Assembly: GCA_036374515.1 (NCBI GenBank)
Contig: DASUTP010000482.1
Location: 1-40,572, forward strand
Source of the DNA: Chryseolinea sp.
Lineage (GTDB): Bacteria; Bacteroidota; Bacteroidia; Cytophagales; Cyclobacteriaceae
DNA length: 40,572 nucleotides
Direction of reading: 5' to 3'
Below the pieces are notes generated by a model, which did not search any database, was not told the DNA's origin, and saw only the letters and a program-made list of their open reading frames with translations. Position 1 is the stretch's first letter. Each line of letters begins with the position of its first letter. Positions 28,537-38,796 of the stretch are shown here, piece after piece. The position numbers and the translations under genes were made by a program.

Positions 28537-30027
28537 ATGAACTATTTTATCGGCATCGATATTGGCACTGGCAGCACGAAGGCCGTGGCAGTAAACATTT
28601 CAGGAGAACCGATACATTCAACGCAGTGCTCCTATCCTACCTATTCCCCTGAACTTACCTACAGTGAACAGGATCCTGAGTTGATATGGAAAGCTTTCGT
28701 GCAGTGTATACTGGACCTTATAGCAAACCTTAAAGAAAAGCCATTGGGGGTCGTGCTCAGCAGCGCCATGCATAGCGTCATTCCTGTGGATGAAAAAGGA
28801 AATCAGTTGATGAATATGATTACATGGGCCGATAACAGGAGCGCTGATGTTGCGAAAGCGCTTCATGGCTCTACCCTTGGGGAAAAGATCTATAGCGAAA
28901 CAGGAACACCCATTCACGCGATGACCCCCGTTTGTAAGATCAAGTGGCTGGCAGAAAAACAACCAGACCTGTTTACAAAGACCTTTAAATTTATTTCGAT
29001 AAAAGAATTCGTTTGGTTTAAGTTGTTTGGCGTGTACGAAGTGGATTACTCTATCGCTTCGGCTACCGGCATGTTTGATATTGGCAAGCTTGCCTGGAAC
29101 GAAAGTGCTTTAAAATATTGTGGTGTGACCCCCAGTCAGCTGTCAATGGCTGTTGAAACCCATCATTCCCGGAAAGACTTAGTTTCCAATGACTTTGAAG
29201 ATCTAAAATCGGAGAATATTCCTTTCTTTATCGGCGCCAGCGATGGGTGCATGGCGAACCTTGGAAGCTTCGCCGTTACCCCAGGCGTTGCCGCGCTAAC
29301 CATCGGCACCAGCGGCGCTATCCGCGTCGCCAACAGGAAGCCTACTGTGAATTTCAGAGCAATGACCTTCAATTACATTTTGACCAAGGATATTATTATT
29401 TCAGGCGGTCCCATTAACAACGGTGGCGTAGTACTTAAATGGTACATCGAAATATTCCTGAAAAAACAATTGAATTCTCCGGGGGAGTTTGATGCGTTCC
29501 TGGACGAAATGAAAAGCATCAGACCGGGCGCGGATGGCTTGATTTTTATTCCCTACCTGCTGGGCGAGCGCGCTCCTATCTGGGACAGCGACGCCAGCGG
29601 AATATTTTTCGGCATCCGGAATTTTCATACACAGGCGCATTTCACCCGTGCCGTTGCCGAGGGTATTTCGATGGCCCTCTACAGCATTGCAGCATCGATG
29701 GAAACGACGGGGCTGTCGATCGACAGGGTGCACGTAAGCGGAGGGTTCGTACAATCTGAAGAATGGCTTCAGATTCTCGCTGATATCTTCAACAAAGAAA
29801 TTTGCCTTATCAATGCCGAGGATGCATCGGCCGTCGGGGCCGCATATCTCGGTTTTAAGTCGCTTGGTCTAATCCAGGATTATTCAGCCCTGAAACCAAA
29901 ACAAGACGCGAGCTACACCCCTAATCTTGAAAACCATGCAGTGTATCAGAAAGCATTCGCGATCTTTGAAAACCTGTATAAGAAGATGAAGCCTGAGATG
30001 GACATGCTTCTCGCATTACGTGAATGA
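28537..30027 (+). CDS. FGGY-family sugar kinase, gluconokinase-like
   Basis: GIDIGTGSTKA, SSAMHS, TWADNR, TGTPIHAM, GASDG, TIGTSGAIR and PYLLGERAP motifs match the GntK-like subfamily. Confidence 0.85.
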   Translation: MNYFIGIDIGTGSTKAVAVNISGEPIHSTQCSYPTYSPELTYSEQDPELIWKAFVQCILDLIANLKEKPLGVVLSSAMHSVIPVDEKGNQLMNMITWADNRSADVAKALHGSTLGEKIYSETGTPIHAMTPVCKIKWLAEKQPDLFTKTFKFISIKEFVWFKLFGVYEVDYSIASATGMFDIGKLAWNESALKYCGVTPSQLSMAVETHHSRKDLVSNDFEDLKSENIPFFIGASDGCMANLGSFAVTPGVAALTIGTSGAIRVANRKPTVNFRAMTFNYILTKDIIISGGPINNGGVVLKWYIEIFLKKQLNSPGEFDAFLDEMKSIRPGADGLIFIPYLLGERAPIWDSDASGIFFGIRNFHTQAHFTRAVAEGISMALYSIAASMETTGLSIDRVHVSGGFVQSEEWLQILADIFNKEICLINAEDASAVGAAYLGFKSLGLIQDYSALKPKQDASYTPNLENHAVYQKAFAIFENLYKKMKPEMDMLLALRE

Positions 30028-30052
30028 TCTGGCATATTTGCCAGGCAATCTT

Positions 30053-31327
30053 TTACGCCGTACCGCGTTTTAATTCTATAATGGTTAACTCGGGAGGCAT
30101 TCCGATTCTTCCGGGATAACCTACGCATCCAAATCCGCGATTAACATAGATATATTGGTTGCCTTCCTGGTAAAGACCGGCCCATTGTTTAAACCGATAC
30201 TGCGCCGGACTCCAGTTGAAACTTCCAATGGTTACTCCCATTTGATAACCATGGGTATGGCCCGAAAATGTAATATCGATCTCGGGAAACTCAGGGCGGA
30301 TCTGCGCGTCCCAATGCGTGGGATCATGAGAAAGCAAAATCTTAACGGCAGCTTCGTCCGTATTGAGAAGTGCTTCTTTTAATTTCCCGTATTTGGGAAA
30401 CCTCAACGGTGGGCCTATGCCCCAGTTTTCCACCCCAACGATCGCTATCTTTTCACCTTGTAATTCAAGGATCCGGTTTTCATTCATTAACAAATCGTAT
30501 CCCATCTGCTTGTGCGCAACGAGCATGTCCTCAAAATTTCTTCTTTTGGCAGCTGGCGAAGACCAGCCCCTGTAATTTCCATAATCGTGGTTGCCCGTCA
30601 CCGAAAAAACCCCATATGGCGCTTTGATCTTATCAAAGACATTGATGTAGTCATTTACTTCATCCGTCTCCACGTTGACCAAATCACCCGTAAAAAAAAT
30701 CATGTCCGGCTTCTCGCGTATCAGCATGTCTACGCCACCCTGGATTGCTGTCTTGTTGAATAGGGAGCCTGTATGAATATCCGACAGCTGACCTATCAGC
30801 ATGCCATCGAATGCCTTAGGAAGATTGGGAAGGTATATTGTCCTGCGCCTGACCTGGAAATTGTGCGCACCTGAAAGAATTCCAAATGATAGTGATGTGA
30901 GGGGAATAGCCCACGAGGCGAGGGCTGCTTTTGCAAAAAATTCAGATCGCGAAATACGGTTGATATTTTCTTCATGCTCTGGATTGCGCTTCCTCCGGTA
31001 AAATCTTCTTGAGAGATGGTAGCCGCGACGCAGGTCGTCCACAATCAAAACACCAATAAGAAAGAGCTTCGAAAAATAGACGATGCCCATCCAAACGATA
31101 ATCCATTGTTTTAGCTTTTCATCGGCGATGCCAATGGTATGTATCCAGGCAAAAAGCAACACCACAAATACGGTGATGCTCCAATATAAACCTCGCAGGG
31201 TTTGCTTAACAACCGCTGAGAATTTGGCCGTGGCGATGCGGATGGCCTGATACGCATAAACATCTATCGCCAATAGAATTGCCAGGACAAAAATAGCCGT
31301 CCTCAGACGGTAAAACGCTTCACCCAT
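30053..31327 (-). CDS. Membrane-anchored metallophosphoesterase (YkuE/YaeI-like), paralog 2
   Basis: N-terminal TM helices; SDIH, TGDLVN, GNHDY, LSHDP and GHTHG motifs. Confidence 0.9.
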   Translation of the reverse strand: MGEAFYRLRTAIFVLAILLAIDVYAYQAIRIATAKFSAVVKQTLRGLYWSITVFVVLLFAWIHTIGIADEKLKQWIIVWMGIVYFSKLFLIGVLIVDDLRRGYHLSRRFYRRKRNPEHEENINRISRSEFFAKAALASWAIPLTSLSFGILSGAHNFQVRRRTIYLPNLPKAFDGMLIGQLSDIHTGSLFNKTAIQGGVDMLIREKPDMIFFTGDLVNVETDEVNDYINVFDKIKAPYGVFSVTGNHDYGNYRGWSSPAAKRRNFEDMLVAHKQMGYDLLMNENRILELQGEKIAIVGVENWGIGPPLRFPKYGKLKEALLNTDEAAVKILLSHDPTHWDAQIRPEFPEIDITFSGHTHGYQMGVTIGSFNWSPAQYRFKQWAGLYQEGNQYIYVNRGFGCVGYPGRIGMPPELTIIELKRGTA

Positions 31328-31361
31328 CGCATAAAAATAAGCAATTGGTGAGCAATTAAGT

Positions 31362-32612
31362 TCAGGCTCTTTTCAATTCTATAATGGTAATTTCGGGCGG
31401 CATTCCAATTCTTCCGGGATATCCGAGATATCCAAACCCGCGATTTACATAGAGGAATTGTGAGCCTTCCTGATATAGGCCGGCCCATTGTTTATATGCA
31501 TATTGTGACGGGCTCCATTTAAAATTCCCCAATTCGATTCCGAATTGAAATCCGTGAGTATGACCGGCAAACATTACGTCGATATCTCCATACAATGGCC
31601 TTACTTGTGCATCCCAGTGACTTGGATCGTGCGAAAGCAAAAGCTTTACCTTCGCCTCTTCCGTACCACGGTATGCCTGATTTAATTTTCCATATTGGGT
31701 AAATCCACGTCCTCCCCAGTTCTCGATACCAATGACCGCGATTTTTTCCCCGCCTAATTCCAGGAAGCGATGCTGGTTCATCAACAGATCGAATCCCAAC
31801 AGGCGATGTGCCTCGATCAGATCCTTAAAGTTCCTTTTTTTAGCTTCGATGCTTGGCCACCGGTGATAATCGCCATAGTCGTGATTGCCCGTGATCGAAT
31901 AGACTCCAAATGGCGCTTTAAGCTTGTTAAAAACATCGATGTACTCCATCACTTCCGACGCTTCGTTGTTAACAAGGTCGCCGGTAAAGAAAATCGCGTC
32001 TGGTTTTTCATCCAGTACCATTTTAACGCCACCGCTAACTGCTTTCTTATTAAAAAAACTCCCAGAGTGTATATCTGAGAGTTGTGCGATTCTAAACCCG
32101 TCAAAGGCTTTTGGCAGATTAGGCAGCTTGACGACCTGCCTTCGCGTGCGATAGTCATGTGCTCCAGAGATAATACCATAGGCCATTGTTCCTAAGGGTA
32201 TCGCAGCGGCAACCAACGCAGTTTTAGACAAAAACTCAGAGCGGGAAATCGCCTCGGCACCAGACGATGAAACCGAATCTTTTGAAAAGAATGACAGAGC
32301 GGATCGAACCCCTCTCGATATATCTTCAGTAAAAAGTACCGCGACAGCAAATAACTTGGAAAAATATGTAGCGAACAGGCCTGTGATAATCCACGTCTTT
32401 GTCGCAGCGCTCCAACGATACGGATCGCCAAGAAACCACGCTGTGATAGCAACCACGCTAAATATCGTCGGTACCCAAAATCCAAACTGAAATATCTGCT
32501 TCCACGGCGCCGTCCATTGTTTGCTTACGGTCACAACAGCTTGAAAAACGTAATAATCAACTACCAGGAAGAAGATTAAAAAAATAATAAGTGTCATTAT
32601 CCGCGGCTTCAT
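31362..32612 (-). CDS. Membrane-anchored metallophosphoesterase (YkuE/YaeI-like), paralog 1
   Basis: Same five calcineurin-like motifs; start at ATG 32612 or 32597. Confidence 0.9.
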   Translation of the reverse strand: MKPRIMTLIIFLIFFLVVDYYVFQAVVTVSKQWTAPWKQIFQFGFWVPTIFSVVAITAWFLGDPYRWSAATKTWIITGLFATYFSKLFAVAVLFTEDISRGVRSALSFFSKDSVSSSGAEAISRSEFLSKTALVAAAIPLGTMAYGIISGAHDYRTRRQVVKLPNLPKAFDGFRIAQLSDIHSGSFFNKKAVSGGVKMVLDEKPDAIFFTGDLVNNEASEVMEYIDVFNKLKAPFGVYSITGNHDYGDYHRWPSIEAKKRNFKDLIEAHRLLGFDLLMNQHRFLELGGEKIAVIGIENWGGRGFTQYGKLNQAYRGTEEAKVKLLLSHDPSHWDAQVRPLYGDIDVMFAGHTHGFQFGIELGNFKWSPSQYAYKQWAGLYQEGSQFLYVNRGFGYLGYPGRIGMPPEITIIELKRA

Positions 32613-32617
32613 AACTA

Positions 32618-32648
32618 ACAAGGTCGTCTGTATTGGAGACGACCTTGT
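32618..32648 (-). terminator. Hairpin downstream of the RND gene (terminator or stabiliser)
   Basis: Perfect 12-bp stem ACAAGGTCGTCT / AGACGACCTTGT with a 7-nt loop; weak U tail. Confidence 0.6.
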
Positions 32649-32684
32649 CGACGATTTGTTGTATTCAATACTAAAATATTTCTG

Positions 32685-35600
32685 CTATGCAGGCACCACG
32701 CTTCCGGCTTCGCCTTTACTGCGCTCGATACTTTCTGTCTTCTTGCCAAAAAGCCGTTCCTTGAGCTTAAAGACCAGCAGGTACATCACCGGAACCAGAA
32801 TCAATGTTAAGACTGTTCCGAACAACAAGCCGAATATCATGGTCCAGGACAATGGGCCCCAGAAAGCCACGTTATCTCCGCCGAAGAAAATGTGCGGATT
32901 CAATTCCGTGAATAATGTCACAAAGTCTATATTCAATCCCACTGCCAATGGAATCAATCCGATAGTAGCGGCAATAGTCGTCAGCATAACGGGGGTCATA
33001 CGCGTTTTGGCGGCCTCAGCAATGGCCTCGCGCAGCGGAATTCCCTGCTTCACCAGCAGCTCCGTGAACTCCACGAGCAGAATTCCATTACGAACCACCA
33101 GTCCCGCCAGTGCCATAACTCCTACCCCAGTCATCACAATTGAAATTTCCATTTTGAAAAGAGAGAAACCGATCAACACCCCGATGATGCTGAAAATAAT
33201 CTCCGCACCGATGATGAGCGGTTTGCCTACTGAGTTAAACTGCAACACAAGGATCATAAAAATCAATCCGGCGGCAAGAGCTGCAGCAACCAGCAAGAAC
33301 GAAAACGTTTCGGCTTGTTCTTCCTGTGCACCGGTCATATCAACAGTTACACCTTCCGGTATTACAAAAGAATCCATGCTCGCACGAATGCTTGCATTAA
33401 CATCATTTTCATTAAACCCACCCAGAACGTTTGAGGAGAGCGTTACCGTTCTTTTTTGATCAATGCGTCTGATGCCGGCGTAGCTGCTGGAATATTCTGC
33501 CGTAGCAATTGCCGAAAGGGGTACTTGCCTGACCTGGCCGTTCTTGCTCATATCCTGAAAGGTGATTGGCAGGTTCATCAATGTATTGACATCATTTCGC
33601 TGGTCATCGCGAATCCGCAACTGAATGGGATAGTCGTCATTATCGTCGCGAAATCTAGATACTTCCGCTCCGTATACCGCTGTGCCGAGCACTCTTCCGA
33701 TTGACTGCGTTGAGATACCCTCACGATTTGCTTTTTCGCGATTAATCTTGATGTTGATCTCAGGTTTATTGCTTTGAAAATCCGACTTTAATTCTTCTAT
33801 ACCAGGAATTTGCAACGAATCGAGGTAACGTTTTAAACGTCCTGACGTCGACGCGAGCAGCTGGAAATCATCACCACTGATCTCGATGTTAATCGGCTTG
33901 CCGGTTGGCGGACCGCCTTGTTCCTGGTTAACAGAGATCTCAGCTCCTTGCACTCCTTGCACTGCCTCACGAATCTTATCCATATAGTCTTTTGTGCTCT
34001 GTCCATTGCGTTGTGAAAACTTAACGAAGGCCACAGAGACCTTGCCAAGGTGAGGGCTTCCAATGGTGCCGCCTCCTTCCATTGGATCTTCGCTTGCACC
34101 GATGGCAACGTTAGAAATGATGGATTCCACGATAGGATTATCTTTACCTACTACTTTGGCCACCCTTTCTTCAACAACGTTTGTCACGGAATCTGTGATC
34201 CGCTGATCCGTGCCGATCGGCATGCGGATATAGGTATAAATAAAGTTAGGATCACCTTGCGGGAAGAATACCACCGGTGGATTACGTATGCCGGTAAATA
34301 CAATTGAAAAAATAAAAAGGAATACGATACTGACAGCAATCCAAACTGGACGATACCGTTGCACGCACCAGGTCACAAGATTTTTGTAGCGGGCCTGCAC
34401 ACGCGGCCAAACATCGGTTTGGAAACGGGTAATCAACCCCGCGATGAAGAAATGGTGCAGTGCGTAAATCACAAACAGGAATATGATGAAGTTACCGAAT
34501 CCTTTAACGCCGACGAGGTATGACAATACTGCTATGGAGCCAAGTACAATGGCCGTAATTTTGAAACCTTTTGTGACAGTAGGTTTTTTATTATGGTCAT
34601 GCTCATGAGGCTTCATGAAATCTGCTGCGAACACAGGGTTGATAATATACGCTACCAGCAATGAAGCCAATAGTGCGATGATCAACGTAATGGGTAGAAA
34701 CATCATGAACTTACCAATAACACCCGGCCAGAAAGCAAGCGGAACGAAAGGGGCTAAAACGACCAGGGTACCGGAAAACACCGGAATAAATATTTCACCC
34801 GCGGCGATCTTGGCAGCTTTTCTGATCGGCACCTTTCCATTGTCGAACACCCGGTGCGTATTTTCAATGACAACGATGGCGTCATCCACCACAATCCCCA
34901 ATGCGAGAAGGAATGAGAATAAGGTCATCATGTTTAATGTGAATCCAATCACCGGGAACCACAAAAACGCGATGAAGCTGGATAGTGGCACTGAAAGCCC
35001 CACAAAGATTGCGTTGGTCGCGCCCATGAAAAACATCAGTATTATCGTGACCAGAATAAAACCGATGATGATCGTGTTGATAAGGTCGTGAAGGGTTACG
35101 CGGGTGTTATCGGATTGATCAGCCGTAATCGTAATGTCGAGACCGGGAGGCAATATTGACTCCTCGTATTCTTTCACAATTTCATTGATCGCATCTGATG
35201 CCAGGATAAGATTTTTTCCACTTCGTTTAATAACGTTAAGAGTCACCACGTTTTTATTATCAAGCCGCGCAAAACTTTCCTGTTCCTTGTGTGTATCGAC
35301 TACCTCGGCCACGTCCTTTAAAAAAATTTTCGCACCTCGAATTGATCCGACCACAGTGTTAGCAATTTCGTCGGCGTTCGTGTACTCACCGCTGACACTA
35401 AGCGACCTCTTAACCCCGCTCACAGAAAGCTGGCCGCCCGGAACAATTACGTTTTCACTTGCAATGGCGCCAAAGACATCATTTAAACTCACTCCTGCCA
35501 GCGCCGCTTTATAAAGATCAACGTTGATCTGTATTTCGCGGTCTAACGCTCCGACTATATCTACTCTGCGGATTTGTTCGAGGGTTTCAATACGATCCTG

Positions 35601-36101
35601 CATTTGCTCAGCGTATCGTTTTAACGTTTGAAGATCGTAGTCACCCGCAAGGTTTATGTTCATGATTGGCAGTTCTGAGATGTCGATCTCATACACTTCC
35701 GGATTTTTTTCCAGATCTTCTGGTAATTCGGGTATCGCGCGGTTTACTGCATCCTGCACATCGCGCTTAGCCTCGGTCACGTCAATATCCGTTTCAAATT
35801 CGATAATAACGCTCGAAGTGTTTTGAACCGAATTGCTGGTAATTTTCTTTATACCGTTAGCGACCTTAACCTCCTTTTCTATTTCCTTGGTGATAAGGTT
35901 TTCTACATCTTCAGGTGGCGCTCCCTGGTAAATTGTTAGTACGTATATCTGAGGAAATACAACTTCAGGAAAGCTTTCTTTCGGCAGCTTATTGTAAGTC
36001 CATATACCCGCAAAGCAGATGAGAACGATAGCCACGTATATACTGACCTTGTTATCAATGGCCCAACTGGTGGGCTTAAATTCTCTTTCGATATCTTGCA
36101 T
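32685..36101 (-). CDS. RND efflux permease (AcrB/AcrD/AcrF family)
   Basis: GIVVDDAIVVIEN (TM4), RNGILLVE (TM10) and RMTPVMLT (TM11) motifs; two large periplasmic loops; 1138 aa. Confidence 0.95.
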   Translation of the reverse strand: MQDIEREFKPTSWAIDNKVSIYVAIVLICFAGIWTYNKLPKESFPEVVFPQIYVLTIYQGAPPEDVENLITKEIEKEVKVANGIKKITSNSVQNTSSVIIEFETDIDVTEAKRDVQDAVNRAIPELPEDLEKNPEVYEIDISELPIMNINLAGDYDLQTLKRYAEQMQDRIETLEQIRRVDIVGALDREIQINVDLYKAALAGVSLNDVFGAIASENVIVPGGQLSVSGVKRSLSVSGEYTNADEIANTVVGSIRGAKIFLKDVAEVVDTHKEQESFARLDNKNVVTLNVIKRSGKNLILASDAINEIVKEYEESILPPGLDITITADQSDNTRVTLHDLINTIIIGFILVTIILMFFMGATNAIFVGLSVPLSSFIAFLWFPVIGFTLNMMTLFSFLLALGIVVDDAIVVIENTHRVFDNGKVPIRKAAKIAAGEIFIPVFSGTLVVLAPFVPLAFWPGVIGKFMMFLPITLIIALLASLLVAYIINPVFAADFMKPHEHDHNKKPTVTKGFKITAIVLGSIAVLSYLVGVKGFGNFIIFLFVIYALHHFFIAGLITRFQTDVWPRVQARYKNLVTWCVQRYRPVWIAVSIVFLFIFSIVFTGIRNPPVVFFPQGDPNFIYTYIRMPIGTDQRITDSVTNVVEERVAKVVGKDNPIVESIISNVAIGASEDPMEGGGTIGSPHLGKVSVAFVKFSQRNGQSTKDYMDKIREAVQGVQGAEISVNQEQGGPPTGKPINIEISGDDFQLLASTSGRLKRYLDSLQIPGIEELKSDFQSNKPEINIKINREKANREGISTQSIGRVLGTAVYGAEVSRFRDDNDDYPIQLRIRDDQRNDVNTLMNLPITFQDMSKNGQVRQVPLSAIATAEYSSSYAGIRRIDQKRTVTLSSNVLGGFNENDVNASIRASMDSFVIPEGVTVDMTGAQEEQAETFSFLLVAAALAAGLIFMILVLQFNSVGKPLIIGAEIIFSIIGVLIGFSLFKMEISIVMTGVGVMALAGLVVRNGILLVEFTELLVKQGIPLREAIAEAAKTRMTPVMLTTIAATIGLIPLAVGLNIDFVTLFTELNPHIFFGGDNVAFWGPLSWTMIFGLLFGTVLTLILVPVMYLLVFKLKERLFGKKTESIERSKGEAGSVVPA

Positions 36102-36131
36102 ATTAGTAGAGTGTTGAAGAAGACAGGTATT

Positions 36132-36152
36132 GCGGAATGCAAAGCATTCCGC
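36132..36152. other. Intercistronic hairpin between the MFP and RND genes
   Basis: GCGGAATGC-AAA-GCATTCCGC, a perfect 9-bp stem. Confidence 0.6.
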
Positions 36153-36163
36153 GTTTTCCTAAA

Positions 36164-37291
36164 CTATATTTTCAAAAATTCGCCGTCGTTAAGTCCCTGG
36201 TAGCCGAAGGTTACAACCTTTTCGCCAGCGGAAAGTCCGCTAACCTGAGCCTGACCGCCATAGACACCTTCGACCTTAACTACTTTTTTCCGGGCCACAG
36301 TGTTCTTGCCTTTGGTCTCGGCCACAAAAACGATTTTCTCGCCATTTATATCCTGAATCACATTTATCGGTATCGCGATCGCGGTCGGTTCCGTATGAAA
36401 AACCACCTTCAAAACGCCTGTCATGTTCGGGCGAAGGTCCGGGTCGGAAGGCAACGCTACCTCTATTGCAAAAGTCCTCGACAATGGATCGATGGTTTTA
36501 CCCACAAAGGTGACTTTGGATTCCAGGTCTTTTTTTAGTTCCGGGATAGTCACGATCACCTTGTTGCCTTTTTTGATATCGGTCACATAGGCCTCGGATA
36601 CCATTGCAGTGAGCTTGAGGTCGCTTGTGTTTACTACACGGAATGCAGGTTGTCCGGGGGCAACAGCTTCACCTATTTTGGCACTGATTTCATCAACAGT
36701 TCCCCTGATCGGCGATTTGATACGAAGCATTTCATTTTGCTCCTTCAACGACGACAGCTGCCTTTCGAGACTTTCTTTGTTGGTCTTTGCCTGCAGAAAC
36801 TGAACTTCGGTACCGATCTTCTGGTCCCAAAGATTCTTTTGACGATCATACACGCTGTTGGCAAGTTCCAAATTAGCCGCCATAGATTCGATGTTTGCCA
36901 GGATCACTGCGTTATCAATTTGCGCCAATGTCTGGCCCTTTGAAACCTGTTGGCCTTCGGTTACATACACGGCCATCACAACGCCCGGTGATTTTGCGCT
37001 GACAGCAATATTATCTTCGGCTTCGACACTTCCCTGCGTCTGCACGTAGTGATCGAATTTCTTCAAGGCAACTTCTGTTACGCCTACGTCTTTAGTTTTG
37101 ACCTTAGCGTCCGCAGGATTTTCCGCCGCTATCTCTTTTTCCAATTGAACCACCTGCTTGGCAATTTCCGCCTGCTGCGCTTTTAATTTTTCCAGCTGCG
37201 CTTTTTTATCATCAGGGGTTGCTGCGCTGCACGCAGCCAGCAACGCGACAACGGTGATAAGGGACAAACGGGTGTAAAAGGTAGAATTCAT
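36164..37291 (-). CDS. RND periplasmic adaptor (MFP), lipoprotein
   Basis: Lipobox LAAC, V.EGQ.V.KGQ.L lipoyl half-motif, IKSPIRG.V and LRPNM; start at 37291 or 37309. Confidence 0.93.
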   Translation of the reverse strand: MNSTFYTRLSLITVVALLAACSAATPDDKKAQLEKLKAQQAEIAKQVVQLEKEIAAENPADAKVKTKDVGVTEVALKKFDHYVQTQGSVEAEDNIAVSAKSPGVVMAVYVTEGQQVSKGQTLAQIDNAVILANIESMAANLELANSVYDRQKNLWDQKIGTEVQFLQAKTNKESLERQLSSLKEQNEMLRIKSPIRGTVDEISAKIGEAVAPGQPAFRVVNTSDLKLTAMVSEAYVTDIKKGNKVIVTIPELKKDLESKVTFVGKTIDPLSRTFAIEVALPSDPDLRPNMTGVLKVVFHTEPTAIAIPINVIQDINGEKIVFVAETKGKNTVARKKVVKVEGVYGGQAQVSGLSAGEKVVTFGYQGLNDGEFLKI

Positions 37292-37318
37292 ATAGGGTAT
37301 ATTTTTCATTGGGAATAC

Positions 37319-38782
37319 TTATTTAGTAGTGGATGTGACATATTTTGAAGGATCGATTTTGGCGAACGCCCTGTCAAGATCAATTTTCGATACAATTGCA
37401 TCAAACAGCGCGTTGTAATAATTAACCTGAGCAGTGACTAAACTTCGCTCCGCATCAATTACCTCGATATTAGAGCCAACGCCCTGCTCATATTTTATTT
37501 TTGTAACGCGTGCCACTTTATCAGCTAATTGCATGTTTTCTTCCTGCGAGCGCAACGTCTCCACTGAGTTCTGATACGTTATGGTATTTTGCGATATGCT
37601 TAAGTCGATGGACTGCTTCAACGATGTAAAACTATTTTGATTTTTGAGCAAGGCCAGCTTCGCCTGCTGCACCTGGTAAGTGCGCTGCAGTCCACTGAAA
37701 ATCGGCACCCTTAATGAAACTCCGAACGTGGAGTAGCTGTACCACTTATCCGGACCTACAAATCCGTTATCATTAAAATTGCTGTTTGTCTTAAACAATC
37801 CGGCAACATCCGGCGATTGTGTCGAGTAACCTAAATTAACGAAGCCTGACAAGCTTGGCAGCGAATAAGACATTTTATTCTTTACATCCAACTCCAATAA
37901 TCTCGTTTCGGTATCCAACATTTTATATTCTATTCTATTCTTATAATCCCAGCCCTCCCGATACTCGTCAAACAGCTTTTCATTTATACTTAAGTCGCTT
38001 AGTGTACCGCTCACTGCAAGGTCCTGTTCCATTGGATAGTTCATTTGGTACTTTAATAAGACCATACTCAGGTTTTGAAGATTTACATATTTTAATCGTT
38101 CCGATTTTAAATTATTCAAGGTTACCTGAATCCTGTCGACGTCGATAGCTTCTGCAAATCCGTTTTGATTTAGGGCCTGCGTTGTCCTTAAAGTGGAGTC
38201 CATGCGGAGGATATTGGCGTCAAAAAGCGTAATTCGTTCGCGATTCACGAGAACACCGTAGTAGGCCTTCATTACGTTCTCGATAATGGTGATCTCCGTC
38301 CGTTCTGTTGCCTTGGAAGACAATTCCTTATAGGTATTGGCAGCCTTTAACCCAACCAAATAGGAACTATTGAACAGCAACTGATCGATTCTCAACCCGG
38401 CTGTCCCGCTGCTTTTTAATTGAAAGAAATTTTGGGAAGCCACGATGTCGCTACTGTTGAGGCCAGGGATGTCAAGATTAGGATTTCCATTTTCATCTTG
38501 CCCCGCGAAACCTTGAGCCGTAGCATAGGTTGCAAAGAAACGTGGCAGCTTTTGATTATGTGAGACATCCAATGACGCATCTACTTGGGGAAGACCAATT
38601 CCGCGCGTCTCCCTCACTTTCGCCAAAGCAATTTCCTCGTCCACACGTGCATTCTTGATGTCTATTGTGTTCTCAAGCGCAAATACGATACACTGTTCAA
38701 GTGTAAATCCAGCCGATGTCTGTTGGGCTTGCACCCAGATTGGTCCAACGATAACTAAGATAAATAAGGATAGTCGTTTCAT
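37319..38782 (-). CDS. TolC family outer-membrane efflux protein
   Basis: Signal peptide, TLEQCI..ALEN, LPQV, V.KAYY.VL and KYEQGVGSNIEVIDAE repeats. Confidence 0.93.
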   Translation of the reverse strand: MKRLSLFILVIVGPIWVQAQQTSAGFTLEQCIVFALENTIDIKNARVDEEIALAKVRETRGIGLPQVDASLDVSHNQKLPRFFATYATAQGFAGQDENGNPNLDIPGLNSSDIVASQNFFQLKSSGTAGLRIDQLLFNSSYLVGLKAANTYKELSSKATERTEITIIENVMKAYYGVLVNRERITLFDANILRMDSTLRTTQALNQNGFAEAIDVDRIQVTLNNLKSERLKYVNLQNLSMVLLKYQMNYPMEQDLAVSGTLSDLSINEKLFDEYREGWDYKNRIEYKMLDTETRLLELDVKNKMSYSLPSLSGFVNLGYSTQSPDVAGLFKTNSNFNDNGFVGPDKWYSYSTFGVSLRVPIFSGLQRTYQVQQAKLALLKNQNSFTSLKQSIDLSISQNTITYQNSVETLRSQEENMQLADKVARVTKIKYEQGVGSNIEVIDAERSLVTAQVNYYNALFDAIVSKIDLDRAFAKIDPSKYVTSTTK

Positions 38783-38796
38783 AGTGGTAGAGAGAA

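Noticed and set aside
32656-35514. Long plus-strand ORFs (267, 158 and 126 aa) inside the RND gene
   Set aside because: They are antisense shadows of a hydrophobic membrane protein, Ser/Thr/Ile/Asn-rich with no recognisable motifs.
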